Assembly: GCF_009914755.1 (NCBI RefSeq)
Contig: NC_060943.1
Direction: 5' to 3' (one strand)
DNA length: 64,000 bases
Source: the human T2T-CHM13v2.0 reference genome, Homo sapiens
The position numbers and the translations under genes were made by a program. The notes beneath the pieces were generated by a model that saw nothing but the letters and a program-made list of their open reading frames with translations, was not told where the DNA came from and did not search any database. Of the stretch, positions 26,901-39,404 are shown piece after piece; the first letter of the stretch is position 1, and each line of letters starts with the position of its first letter.

Positions 26901-29900
26901 GACATCTGTGACCTGGTCTCTTCAGGGTTTCTGGTGGGGCCTGTGTTGACTTGGTGGACACCCTGGGCTCCACAGTGCTGAAGATACTCTGAAGAGCCAA
27001 GTGCATCTGTGGCACTGAGCCCAGCAACGCAGGCAGGGACCGTGGCTCTCTGGTCCTTGTGTCCCCAGTGCGGTGAATAGGTCCTCAGGTTCCTGTGAAC
27101 AGCTTTGTTTGTGGTGCAGTTTCCATAGCATACATAGAAGGCGCTCAGAGAACTTGGCCATTTCCGTGGACGGAGTTAACACGGCGCAGCACGGTGGCCA
27201 CCACACAGACCTGTGTGTCCCTGGCCCGGTCACCATGCGGCTCTGAGGAGCAGAGCAGAGGAGCCACCCTGGCCCGGCTCGTCTTTAGCTGGCTCCGGGA
27301 CTGCATGTCGGCTGAGGGGCTCGTGTGGATGTGGGGCTGAGACAGCAGCTCTCTGTTGGGTCTCGCAGGAAGCCCACCCTGTAGCCGGCTTGCTCTCCTT
27401 CCCGGCCTGTGCCAGCCACAGGGCAGTGCGCCAGAGCCATCTTGCTGGGTCACAGGCCGGGGCCACCATAGGGCTTTGTTGCGAGGGTGGCGGTCACCAT
27501 GGCTTTTCCGTTCTGTTTGCAACTTGGGGTCCCGGGGGCGCCACTGGCGTTTGGATCTGCCGTGGCCCTCCTGGGCTTGCGTGGGTGGCTCACTCTGCCA
27601 GGTGGCCTCTGTCCAACCTGACACCTGGTCTCGGGTACTTCCAGCGTGACGTGCACGGGCTCTGCCTCCCTCATTCTGTGTCTGCGATGATAGCGCATTA
27701 AATGGCGAAGGCCCGTCTGCCCAGGCCTGTGCAGACACTGTGAAATTAACTTTCTCACCCTCCAGCACGCATTGGGCTGTGCCGACATCTCTGAAGGGCT
27801 CTTGGTCGGACCTCTGCTCTTGGCACACATTCCTCGGCGGCGGGGGTGGGGGGTAGGGAGGAGAGCGTTTTCATCCCTGGCACCTAATTGCCGAGAGCTT
27901 CCGCTGGCAGGAGCTGTCAGGCTGGGCCGTGGGTTGGATTCCAAGTGCCACTGTCACCTGGGAGAAAGCTACACGAATCTTAAAAAAACCTTACACTATG
28001 ATGTCCCGTTGCCTGGTTCAGAGCCATCCACAGGGACCAAGCAAGATGGTGCCAGGCAGGGGCCACTGCCAGAGGTGAGGGCCACAGAGTCCTGGCTTGA
28101 GAGCCTCCAAGGAGCCCATTCCGCTTGCAGTAGGAGGGAGAGGGCGCTGGGAGTCACCTGGTCGCTCTGGAAGTGCCGCCCAGGTAGGGAGCCTGGGGCA
28201 GCCGGCAGGTGTGGTGGGGACATGTGTGGCCGGCACCAGCATCACACCCCTCATCCAGAGACTTTGCCCCGATCTCGGGTTTTCTGCCTGGTCTGAGAGG
28301 CAGCGGCCCTGCTGGCATTGCCTGCCCATGGCTGGCAAAGGCAGAGGCTGTGAGGGGACAGGATATTGGACCCCCACCTCCTCCGCCTCGGGTTCCGAGG
28401 TCAGGTGCGGTGTGCTTTGGCCGTGGCAGGCGGGGTCCCTGGGGGTGCTGGGGCGTCAGCCAGGCAGGCAGTGCCCACAGGCGAAGCAGGCAGCCCCACT
28501 GCGCAGCGTCACCTAGCACAGGAGGGGCCACAGCGCCTGCTTTGCAGAGACCAGTGGGGGCCACGCTTTCATGGAGCCAGATGTGGGCCCGCCTCAGGCT
28601 GGGGCCCTGTGGGATGGTGCCCAGGGGTGGCCTGGGCCGTGTGACCCCAAGCCCGTCTGCTCACCGTCATCGTAGCTAAGGGCTCCCTGGCAGGTCCCAG
28701 CTGCCCAGGACGGCCTGTGTTCCCTTTCCTGACACACTCATTTAATTTTTAACTCAAAGGCATTTGCTTATTTATTTTCATTGTTCTTGATAATAATTCT
28801 AAGCCATTAGAGGGGAAAATTATATTCAAAAATGCTGTTTCACACTTTATTTGTTTGATGATTTAGAGCGATAGAAAATAGCACATTTGCTGGCTTTTAT
28901 AGTCTGATAATTATTCACATCCATCAAGCCATTCCGGGGGAATAAACAAAACACCAAGAAATTACACTATTAATAGCATCCTCTGCGGTGGACAGAAAAC
29001 TCTTTCCGGGGCCAGCGTGGCGGCGAGATGACAGTGGCCTGTCCGCTGGCTGGAGGGGAGCGCCTGCCTGCAGAGAACGCCTTTGCTTTCATTCCCTGGT
29101 TCCGGCTCCAGCTCCGGCTCCGGCTCATGAGCTGCCCGCCATCCATCCCCTCCTCTGCACGGCCGGGGGCTTCTGGGGCCCATGGCAAAGGTTCGCCCAC
29201 CCGTCGCCAGGAGCCCCTGGGGAATGGCGCGAGCAGAAGAAGCAAGGCTGTCGGGGCCTCGCAGCATCCCCCGGGCAGCTCTGCCGCCAGCCCAGACTCA
29301 GGCCTGGTCTCAGCTCGCTGGCTGAGCCTGGTGGGGCATCCCCACCCTCTGGTCTCGGTGCTGAAACAGGGACATGCGGCTCGTTGCTGCCTACGTTGGG
29401 CCCAGTCCTTGGCTGCAGTCCTGACCTCCCGTGTGACCAGTGTCTCTGGACACCAGTCAGACTCATGTGTGTCAGGCCGCGGGGCTCAGCCTCAGTTGCT
29501 CTCTGCTTCTGGGTCCCAGCCCCTCGAGAGGTGGCCCGGCCCCCACTCTTGCCCAGTGGGTGGCTTTGAGGCTTTTAGCTTTGCCTTTCTTGGGTGGCAG
29601 TAAAGTGTAACGTTGGTGACATTCACTACTCAAAACACCTCAAAGTGTAAAAGAGAAGCTGGGAAGGTAGAGGGTCCGGGGGCTGCCCACCTGCCCATGC
29701 CCACCCACCCACTGCCCCTGTGCCGGGGTGTCCTTCCTTCTGGATCTCATGTCCTTGTTGGCGCCTCACATGTGTCTCCCCATGGGCCTAGGAGGTCACT
29801 GTGCTGCCTCACATGTGTCTCCCCATGGGCCTAGGAGCTAGTACACTGCTGGACCATCATTTTGTTTGTTAACCATCATGTGACCTCACGTGTCTTGTGT

Positions 29901-32664
29901 CCCCAACTCCAGAGGGGCCACGTCCTAGCATTTGTCTCTCCCATTGTTTTATTTTCTCACCCACGCTGCTTTGGCTTGCACATGACTGACTTTCCGAAAG
30001 GGTGTCCGATGCCTGGGTTTGTTTCTTGACCTCCTGGTCACCACCACGTATGGCTCTCACGGAGCTTGTGGAGCCTTCTGCGGCCAGCACCAGACACCAA
30101 GGGTGGCTACCAGGTATATGGCTCCAGATCCCGGGCTGGAGATGCGGAGCCGAGTTTCTATGACTTTGTGGTTTACTGTCTTCCAGAAGGACTTGTGTAC
30201 AGCATTCCAGAACAGAGGGAGTGGGTACGGGGGGCAGACAGCCAGGGCTTTGAGAACACGGAGATGGAGACCCCGCTGGGGGTGCTGTGGACAGTGGTGC
30301 AGAGGAGTGGCGATGCCCGGGTCCTGGGTCCTGGGTCCCGCGTCCTGCGTCCCGGCCGATGCGAGTCCTCAGACCTCCTAATAGCATTCGCCCTGATTTA
30401 GAACCAGATTCCTCCAGGCAAGGCCAGGGGCCTGCAGTGGGTGCACCTGAGGGACCTGTGCAGGCCACCCCTCCCTCCCGAAGGCTCCCCTGGCAGCCTC
30501 CTCAACAGTGCTGTCTTCAGCCCCCGCCCAGACATACCCCAGGGCACCTGCTCCGTGCTCGGAGAGCTTAGCTTGCTGCAAGAGTCCTTGTTGCACTGAG
30601 CTAAGTCTCCCCACCCCCTTAACATTTCTGACTCTGCCCTCTGAAGCCCCGTGGCTGTTCTGCCTTGCACAGACCCACGAGATTCCAGGAGTCGCTCTTC
30701 CTGCTTGCTTTGTCTTGACCTCTTCAGCTTCTTCCAGCAATCCCTGTGCGCTGGGCCGCAGACCCTCCGCACCCTGCCCCTGGCTTAGGGAGAGCTGATG
30801 GCTGCAGAGGGCTGGCCACACACAGCCCCAGTCCTGGGGACGTGCTCTGAAGATGGTAGAAGGGAGGGACACGTACAATGACCTGGCCTCCAGGGCTCTA
30901 GAGGGTGAGAGGTGGTCAGCCCTTGCGGGGTCCCGGGGAGGTTGACAGAGTCAGAGGACAGAGAGCTGGTGTGGGGGCCTTTGTGTCAGCAGGAGGTGGT
31001 GCTGGCATGGGGGAGGGAGGGGAGGGAGGGAATGCCAGGGGCTTGTGGGCAGGGCCCGTGCAGGTCATGGAGCCGGTAGCATCTCAGAGCTGGACAGAGG
31101 AGGTAGGCTGGGAGCAGGCCCGGTTGGGGACCAGTGGCCCCTGCACAGGAGCCAGAGGGCCTGGGCAGCTGTCTGTCCAGAAAGCATGCAAGACCCCGTG
31201 CCACCCGGGCACACAGGGCTGTCGTGTCTAGAAAGAGATCTCCTGGGGTCACGGGCAGGCAAAGCTGATTGATTTTGGCCGTGAAGTTTGACCTTGTGAT
31301 GGAAACCGAGCTCCCAGGGAGTGAGACAAACTGCCTCCCCGTGTCAGTGGCCAATAAACCTGACTTGGTTTTACAGCCCCGAGAAATTGCTCACTAATAG
31401 CCAGACAGATGCTCCCCCTGCCTCGAGCTTTAGTGAACAAACATTTCCAAACCAAATAGCTGCTTTTGCCTTTTTTTTTTTTTTTCCCTCCAGAGCCAAG
31501 GCCAAATGTCAGGGATGCCCCAGCATGGCCCCGAGCAGGGACTATGAGGAGGGGGCCGTGCATTCTTCGCTCTTTGGGGGCCTGGGCGGAGGACCCTGCT
31601 GAGACGCCCCTCTGGGAGGCCCGAAGGCTCCCTGAGTCTCTTGTCCTGTGGTGACTGTGGGTCTCTGCCGTGCATCTGCTTCAGTCCGCCAGTTCCATGG
31701 CCCGCCCACCAGTGCCGTCGCAACCCCGTCCTTTGGACTGGGCTTTTCAGGACATCCGGAGAGCCTTGGTGTGAGAAGCAGGCCCCGAGGCTACCTTCTG
31801 GTCCCCCGTCCTGGGGTTGGTCCCCTAAGCGAACGCAAGCGTGCTTTCAGCCCTGTGTGGACGGAGCGTGGCGCCTCCAGCCTCACTCAGTTCTGTGTGT
31901 CCTAAGCCGTGTCCTGGCACTTTCTCTTGGAAACTGAGGTTTTTCTTCCGCCTGTGTCCTTGGGGGTGGCCGGGAGGCAGGTCTGCCAGCATCAGGTCTT
32001 CTGGTCCCCGAGGCCGTCGCTGGGTTGTTCCGAGTGGCGGGAGGTGCAGCTCGCTGTTGGGCACTGGCGGTGGCGGAGCCCAGAAGTCTCCGTGGCTGCC
32101 CGGCCTCTTGTCCAAGAGTCCTTTGTGATTTCTGTGGGGGCTGCTCCTCTGAACGCTGGGCCTGCGTCCCGCAGTCTGTGCTTTCTGATAACGCCAGAGC
32201 CACGTTCCAGTGTATTAAACTTTTAACATTCGCCAGATTCAATTAATCTTATCTTTACAACTCCCAATTACAGGCAGTAATTAAGTGGAGCAGCATTGTA
32301 GGCTGGGGATACGGCATTAATCATCGCAGCCTTGGAGCCATAAATTAGTTCCTTCCCGTCCCCAGCATCTTCCCAGAAGGAGCAGAGTGTTTCATTCCCT
32401 GTGCGGAGGGGTCTTTAATCCCACAAAGGTGCTTTGGATTGGGATTAAAATTTCTCATCTTTATGTAAATCATAAAAGCCCATTTAAAAAAGAGGAATGC
32501 ACCCCTGTCTAGACAGTGGAAGACTCTCTGAGGACGACAGAGTTGAAGGTGCTGGGGTCGCCTTGGCTGGGGACCCTGGGAGCATGCCCAGAAATTAATT
32601 ATTTGTGTCCTGTTAGATTAGAGGCTCCGTGATGTTCGCCTCTTCTCTGGCTCCTGCCCCCTCC

Positions 32665-33283
<619 letters not shown>

Positions 33284-34387
33284 TTCTTTATTTCATTAAA
33301 AAACAAAGTGGCCTTTCAGCTGGAAGGGGCTGTAGTGGAGCAGGGGCCGTCTCCCACCCTCTGAGCTTTTCCTTGTCTTGCTTCTGCCCTGGGAGGGTCT
33401 CGGGGAGAGACCATATCATGTGTCCTCTCATCTGTGTGACTGTTCTAGAACGGGAGCTGTTGGCCTTGTTACTCTAGAGTTGGGGTCGAGGATGGGACTT
33501 GACCATCCTCAGCTGGCACTCAGCTGTGTGCCCTCAAGTCCCTGAGGCCCTGTCCTCGTCCCCTTCGCTTGGAAATTGAGGTTTTTGTTTTGCCGGAGGC
33601 CTTGGGAGTGGGCTGGGTGGTGTCCCCGTTGGCACTGGGGCTTCTCGCTCCCCCTCAAGGCTGCGGCTCCTGGTGCCCACCCTCCCTGATGGGAAGAGAG
33701 TCCCAACATCGCAGGTCTCCAGCTTCTGGTACGGCATGAGCGGGATGCCACCCCCACTTCGCTTCGTGTGTTTGCACACTTTCATCTTATGTCTTTCTTA
33801 TTCATGATGGAGCCTTGGTGATCTTTCAAATGTAAAATGTGTAAAAATAAAACTTACAAAGTCGGTGACAAATGCAGCTTTTCTCATTTCCAAAGCTGCT
33901 TTTTCCCTGTTGGCTCCCAGTGCCGGGAAAGGGTGACGTGGGCCTGGAGACCGTGACGTGGGCCTGGAGAGCGGGCTGGCAGCTCCGGGGGCCCCAGATG
34001 CTTGCTGTTCCAGACTCGGCCCTCCCAGGGTCCCCTCGCCACCCGCAGTTCCAATCCAATACTTTTGTTTTTTGCCTTTTCAGCCTCCTCGAGGTGGAGT
34101 GCCGCTTAACCGGGAGCATCCCCACTCCTGGCTTTCTGAGTGTGTCACAAGCCACCGAGCCATGGTCCTCACTCCCCGCTCTTCCACCTGCCCCACCTCG
34201 CTTCCTTACGGATTCCGTCCTGAAAGCCCCCACCCCCGGCCATCCCCTCCACACAGTCCTGACCATGACTCCACTTTGCTTCTGCCCTGGGCACTGTCTG
34301 CGTCTCCCCAAGGCTGGTCCCACCAGGGACACCCCCTTGCGTGGCTGCCACCGATCTTGCCTCTGACGTGCCTCCCTTCTCTCGCAG

Positions 34388-34437
34388 GTACGCCATCCCA
34401 CCAGAGCACGGCAAGCGCCTGGAGCGGCTGGCCATCG
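34388..34437 (+). CDS. KDM4B: KDM4B coding exon (about exon 7; 50 nt; YAIPPEHGKRLERLAI), not captured by the ORF track
   Basis: CTGAC branch motif, pyrimidine tract, acceptor ctcgcag|G, donor TCG|gtaggt. Completes the Trp codon TG|G and keeps frame. Confidence 0.96.
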
Positions 34438-36045
34438 GTAGGTGCCTGCCCTGAGGGCCCCAGGGACCTGGGACCAGGTGGGAGGGGCCTGTGGGTGGGG
34501 AAGGGCAGCTGGCGTCCCCCGGGCTCTGCTGCGGTCTGGGTTTGGGTTTTGGGGAGTGGTGACATTCTTTGAGCCATTACTGTGTGATTTTTTCCATTTC
34601 CTCCCACCCTCGTGGTCAGATTCACGCCCTTCTGCCGCGCAGTTTGTCTCTTGTGAAATTCGCACAGAATGCCCAGACGCTCCTGTTTTCCAGTTTTCTT
34701 AGCGCAAACTTCTTGGGCCTGGTCAAAGGCTGCCAGGGCCCAGGGAGGGCAGCCTGTGTTCATTTTCCTCCCATCACCTGACCCCACACTGTGCCCTTGC
34801 TAATTCTGAGAAAGCCTAGGAAAGGAGACAATTCAGCCAGCAGTCCGCTTACCTGCGGGGGAGCAGACATGGTGGCCGCACGGCGTTTGCCCTTGTTCTG
34901 CTGGGACCCAACCTGGACACCTTTGGCAAATGTCCTCACTGGTGATGCCACCAGCTCGCGTTCATGTGCTCCCTGGGGACTCTTGGGAAAGAAGGGGTTT
35001 GTCATAGAGGGTCCCAGCATGTGCCTGAGGGAGTGCCAGATCCTCAGGTTGTGGGATACTTGGAAACAAGTCAGACAGCTGGAGACACCCGGGATGGGGC
35101 CACCCTGAGCTCCCCTGACCACCCAGCCCTGAGGCACTTGGGCAGGGTCCCCATGTCAGCGCCGGCATCACAGCACAACAGGGGTGCAAGTTTCATGACA
35201 CCTCACTGCTCCTAAGTGCCTGGAGAGTCATAAAAAGACACAGCTGGCTAAAGCAGTTCCTCCCTCCCGCTGGTCCATTCCCAGCTGCTCAAGAGCTGGC
35301 TCCTCCGCATTGGCAGGTGGACAGCTTGGGGTGCGTGAGGGGTGAGGGTCAGTGAGGGCCCGTTGTTCCTCTGACAGCATTGAGAGGGCCCTGTCCGAGC
35401 ACCCCGCCCTTCAAGGACGGCGTCAGGCAGCTCAGCAAGCGACAGCCACAGCTTTTCCAGGAGCTCTCACCCAGCCTCAGTACAGGCTCCCGGGACTGCC
35501 TGGTTGCTGTCCTCTGTCCCTTCCAAACCTTCGAGCCAAAGGACGCCCGCCACATGCTCTCTTCCCCCTTCCCATGGGCTTTTGGCTTTGGAGATGGGAA
35601 CTGTCAGTCTTTCTAGGGAAATAAGGGTCTCCTGTCCCAGAGACTGCGCCAGGAGTCACGTGGCTGTGCAGGAAATGTTGCCCAAGCGCGGCAGATTCGG
35701 TGGTGGGGACGGAGGGGAAGGGAGTCCTTGGGGAGTGGGCTGGGCCCTCTCCTGGCATGTGCTCTCCTGGCTTCTGGACTGAGGGCTTTGCTCTTGGTAT
35801 TTTTGAGCGTTTCTATTGGAAACCTGGACCCCTTTCTTAGGCACAGGTGAATCCTGGTCTTAGGAGCACGCTTCTGGTAGTAGAAATTCTGCAGTCACAG
35901 ACAGGCCGTAGCAAAGGTCCAGCTCACTTACATACTAAAGCTGTGAAAGAAAAGCTAGATTAAAGCATTTCTCCCATTGTATGTTTTTAATACCAATTTC
36001 CAAAACAAATTTGAAGACATAAGCTAAAGAAACATTCCCCATGTT

Positions 36046-36590
36046 GTATTAGCATCCTGAGGCTCCTGTAACAAATGACCACAGAATTAATGGCTGAAAA
36101 CAACACACGTTTATTCTCTCACCGTTCTGGAGGTCAGGAGTCTAAAATGCATGTTAAGGGGCTAAAACCCAGGTGCAGGCAGGGCCAGTTCCATCTGGAG
36201 GCACCAGGGGAGAACCCACTTCCCGCCTTTTCCAGTGTCTAGAGGCCGCCCGCATTCCTTGGCTCGGTCCCAGGGGAGAACCCGTTTCTGCCTTCCCTTC
36301 TCCAGCATCTAGAGGCCACCTGCATCCCTTGACTTGGGCCGCATCACTCCAGCCTCTGTCTCTGGTCTCCTCACTTTCCTCTGCTGTAACCAACAGTCCC
36401 TCTGCCTCGCTGTTCTGAGGACCCATGGAATGACATCGGATCACCCGGATAGCCAGGGTGCTCCCCCACCTCAAGATCCTTAACTCGATCCCATCTGCAA
36501 AGTCCCTTTCAGCATGGAAGGTACCACACTCACAGGTCCCAGGGGTTAGCATGTGGGTGCCTTGGAGTTCCATATTTCAGCCAGCCACAC
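36046..36590 (-). mobile_element. MLT1 (D/E-like) MaLR LTR
   Basis: tgtattag...ctgtaacaaatgaccaca...tttattctctcac.gttctggaggtcaggagtct...catctgcaaagtccctt...tcacaggt.ccagggg.tag. Confidence 0.85.
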
Positions 36591-36634
36591 TTAGAAAGCC
36601 ACTGAAGAAAACCTCACTGAGCGGTCAGGGAGCA

Positions 36635-36827
36635 CCTGTGGGCTCCTTGTCTGCTGCAGGCATGACACCCCACACCTCTGTCGTCCACACGGCAGTACCT
36701 CTCTACTGCCACAGGGCAGGGGATGCAGGCGCAGCCTGGGGAGAGCCAGCAGCCCCGGTGGGGAGCAGGCTCTAGGCTCCGCAGTCTGTACTGGAGCTGG
36801 GCTTCACCCAGGCAGGCCCCTCCTGGT
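36635..36827. repeat. ~193-bp local duplication, copy 1 (copy 2 at 38304-38496)
   Basis: Colinear by eye, roughly 85-90% identical. Confidence 0.9.
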
Positions 36828-37212
36828 GCTCTCTGGTGCCCAGATCGAGAGGGCCACCCCATCCTTGCCAGCCACTTCTCCCCCTCCATATTTAACTGAG
36901 ACTACAGTTAGCCACTGTCCCCTCCCTTCTCACCCAGTGTGACTTTTGCATTAGAAAAGCAGAGGTTGACAGGAGCCTGCTGGAGAGGCCACAGGCAGGA
37001 TCTGGTGAGGCCACCCCTGTCCCCAAGCACTGCCACATCCCCTCTCCCTGGAATGTGACCAGTTCTACCCTGAGGCCAGGCCAGGCACCTGGAGGGCTGG
37101 TTTGGTTTCTAAGTGTGCAGAGGGCTCAGTGCCTGGGCTGGGTGAGGGGGAGCCAGGGAAGAATTAGTTCTTGGTGGTGCTTTCACAGGGGTTCTTAGAA
37201 AGTATGGACTCT

Positions 37213-37480
37213 GGCCAGGTGCAGTAGCTCACACCTGGAATCCCAGTGCTTTGAGAGGCTGACGTCAGAGGATTGCTTGAGCCCAGGAGTTCAAGACCAG
37301 CCTCAGGAACATAGTGAGACTCTGTCTCTGTAAAAATTAGCTGGGCGTGGTGTTGTACATCTGTAGTCTCAGCTACTCAGGAGGCTGAGGCGGGAGGATA
37401 GCGTGAGCCTGGGAAGTCAAGGCTGCAGTGAGCTGTGATGGAGCCACTGCACTTCAGCCTGGGTGACAGAGTGAGACCCT
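37213..37480 (+). mobile_element. AluJ-like
   Basis: Dimeric Alu lacking a tail. Confidence 0.88.
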
Positions 37481-38303
37481 AGTCACCCTTCAGCAGGGCA
37501 GAGCAGCTTCTAAAATTCTGGGAGCCAGCCTGGCTGTGAACCCCGAGGAGGGTCAGGAAGGTTGTGGGATGTGTCAGATGCCTGCAGCTGCGTGGAAACA
37601 CCTTGAGTCCCCTGTGGCCTCTGGCTCAGGGCCCTGCCCTCCCCTCTGGAAGGCAGCTGGGGGCAGGATGGGGCACTAATGGGGAAAGCCTACCCGACCC
37701 CCCTTGTGTTCCTAGGTGCCCCTCCCAGACTCTTTTTGGGGCAGGCGATGTGTTCCATCGTTGGGACGGTGGAAGGGGTGTGCGAGTAATATGGAAAATG
37801 AATAGCTGTGCTCCAAATGGGCTCACCGGGAGAGTTGTGGAGCCTATGGAGAGAGCATTAATGTGCTGGCGCCTTATTGGTGCTAATCACTTAAAATGTG
37901 CGCCTTTGTTAGAGCTTTAATGAGAGCCACTTAAACTGTGCATTAAAAAGAGGAACTGCGGAGAGGCCGCCGGCAGGCCGGGCGGCAGGCAGTCATCATT
38001 CTCATTGAAATGCTTTTAGTGTGGAGAAAAGTTGCTGGATTCGGCAAACCCCTGTACTTTGCAAAACCTCACCGTGGTGTCTGCGTGGCTGGGTGTCAGC
38101 AGAAGCACCGTGGCCCCGCTCTCCCGCCTCCCCGTGCGCCTGGGCCTCCGTGTGCTGGTGCTCTCGCACACAGCTGTGCCGCCTTCCACCAATGACCCAA
38201 TGGGTGTGTGTCCCGTCCTGGAGGCGCTTGAGGTCTGTGCAGGCTTCTAGAAGGGCCCTCGGGCTGGCCGAGGCTGTTGGTCAGTCCTGGCAGGAGGTGG
38301 ACG

Positions 38304-38496
38304 CCTGTGGGCTTCCTGTCTGCTGCAGGCGTGACACCCCACACCTCTGTCGTCCACATGGCAGTACCTCTCTACCGTCACAGGGCAGGGGACGCAGGCG
38401 CAGCCGGGAGAGAGCCGGCAGCCCTGTTGGGGAGCAGGTCCTAGTCTCCGCAGTCTGTGCTGGAGCCGGGCTTCACCCGGGAGTGCCCCTCCTGGT
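38304..38496. repeat. ~193-bp local duplication, copy 2
   Basis: Direct repeat of 36635-36827. Confidence 0.9.
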
Positions 38497-38837
38497 CCAC
38501 ATCTGACCCCCGTCCTCCTGCCTCCTGGGCCGGCCTCCTGCCCGTTGCCACTTGCAGAGTGGGTGGTGGAGCAGGAAGTGCCCGAGATGAGGCGGTAAGT
38601 CCCCTCCCTGAACTGCTCTTCCTGGCTTGGGCCCGTCTGGCTCCCCTGGTGTTGGTTCCGGGGGCCCGGCTGCTTCAGGGAAGTCCCTTTGGCACAGGGA
38701 TTGTGTTGCACACTGAGGGGCGTGGGCCTCAGCAGCTGCTGCCGGGAAGCCGGGGCATCCTTACCTTACCCGCCAAATGCACGGGTCTTCACCTTGTGAT
38801 TTGGAAACATTCCTGAACTGTGCTAATTAGGAAGCTT

Positions 38838-38993
38838 GGTTTATTTTTTATTTTTATTTTTATTTTTGTAGAGATGGGGTCTTGTGATGTTGGCCAGGCT
38901 GGTCTCCAACTCTTGGCCTCAAGAGATCCATCTACCTGCCTCGGCCTCCCAAAGTGCTGAGATTCCCTGTGTGAGCCACCGCGCCCAGCCTGG
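38838..38993 (-). mobile_element. FLAM/Alu left monomer
   Basis: Antisense monomer with T-rich tail. Confidence 0.8.
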
Positions 38994-39404
38994 CTGTGAG
39001 GTTTGTGAAGGCGCCAAGCTGCTGGTGTGAGTGCCTGTTTCCCAGGCGCTGCTTTAAGTCAGCTGCAGAGCGCACTCCTAGACAGACAGCCCCACACACA
39101 TGTACGCAGCCCACCATGCTGAGCACGGCCCAACAGGAAGAGGTTGTGAGCTCCGACCACAGCTGGGGGTCAGGCCCACTCTGCCACTTCCTGGTGGTGC
39201 TGGGGCCGAGGGTGAGTCAGTTGGTGGCCCGGGCCTCGATTTCCTCACCTGTGCAGTGACAGTGAGGACACCCGCTGTGCTGTGTGGGGGGGCAGGTGCA
39301 CAGTCTCATTCATGGCCTTGAAAGCAGGTGCCCAAGGGGGAGGCAGCACTGCTAACTCCTCACCGTCCCTGGCTGGTCTGGTTCTAGAACATCAGCTCCG
39401 AGAG

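Noticed and set aside
29763-29837. 32-bp near-tandem duplication
   Set aside because: Ordinary slippage product with no evident motif.
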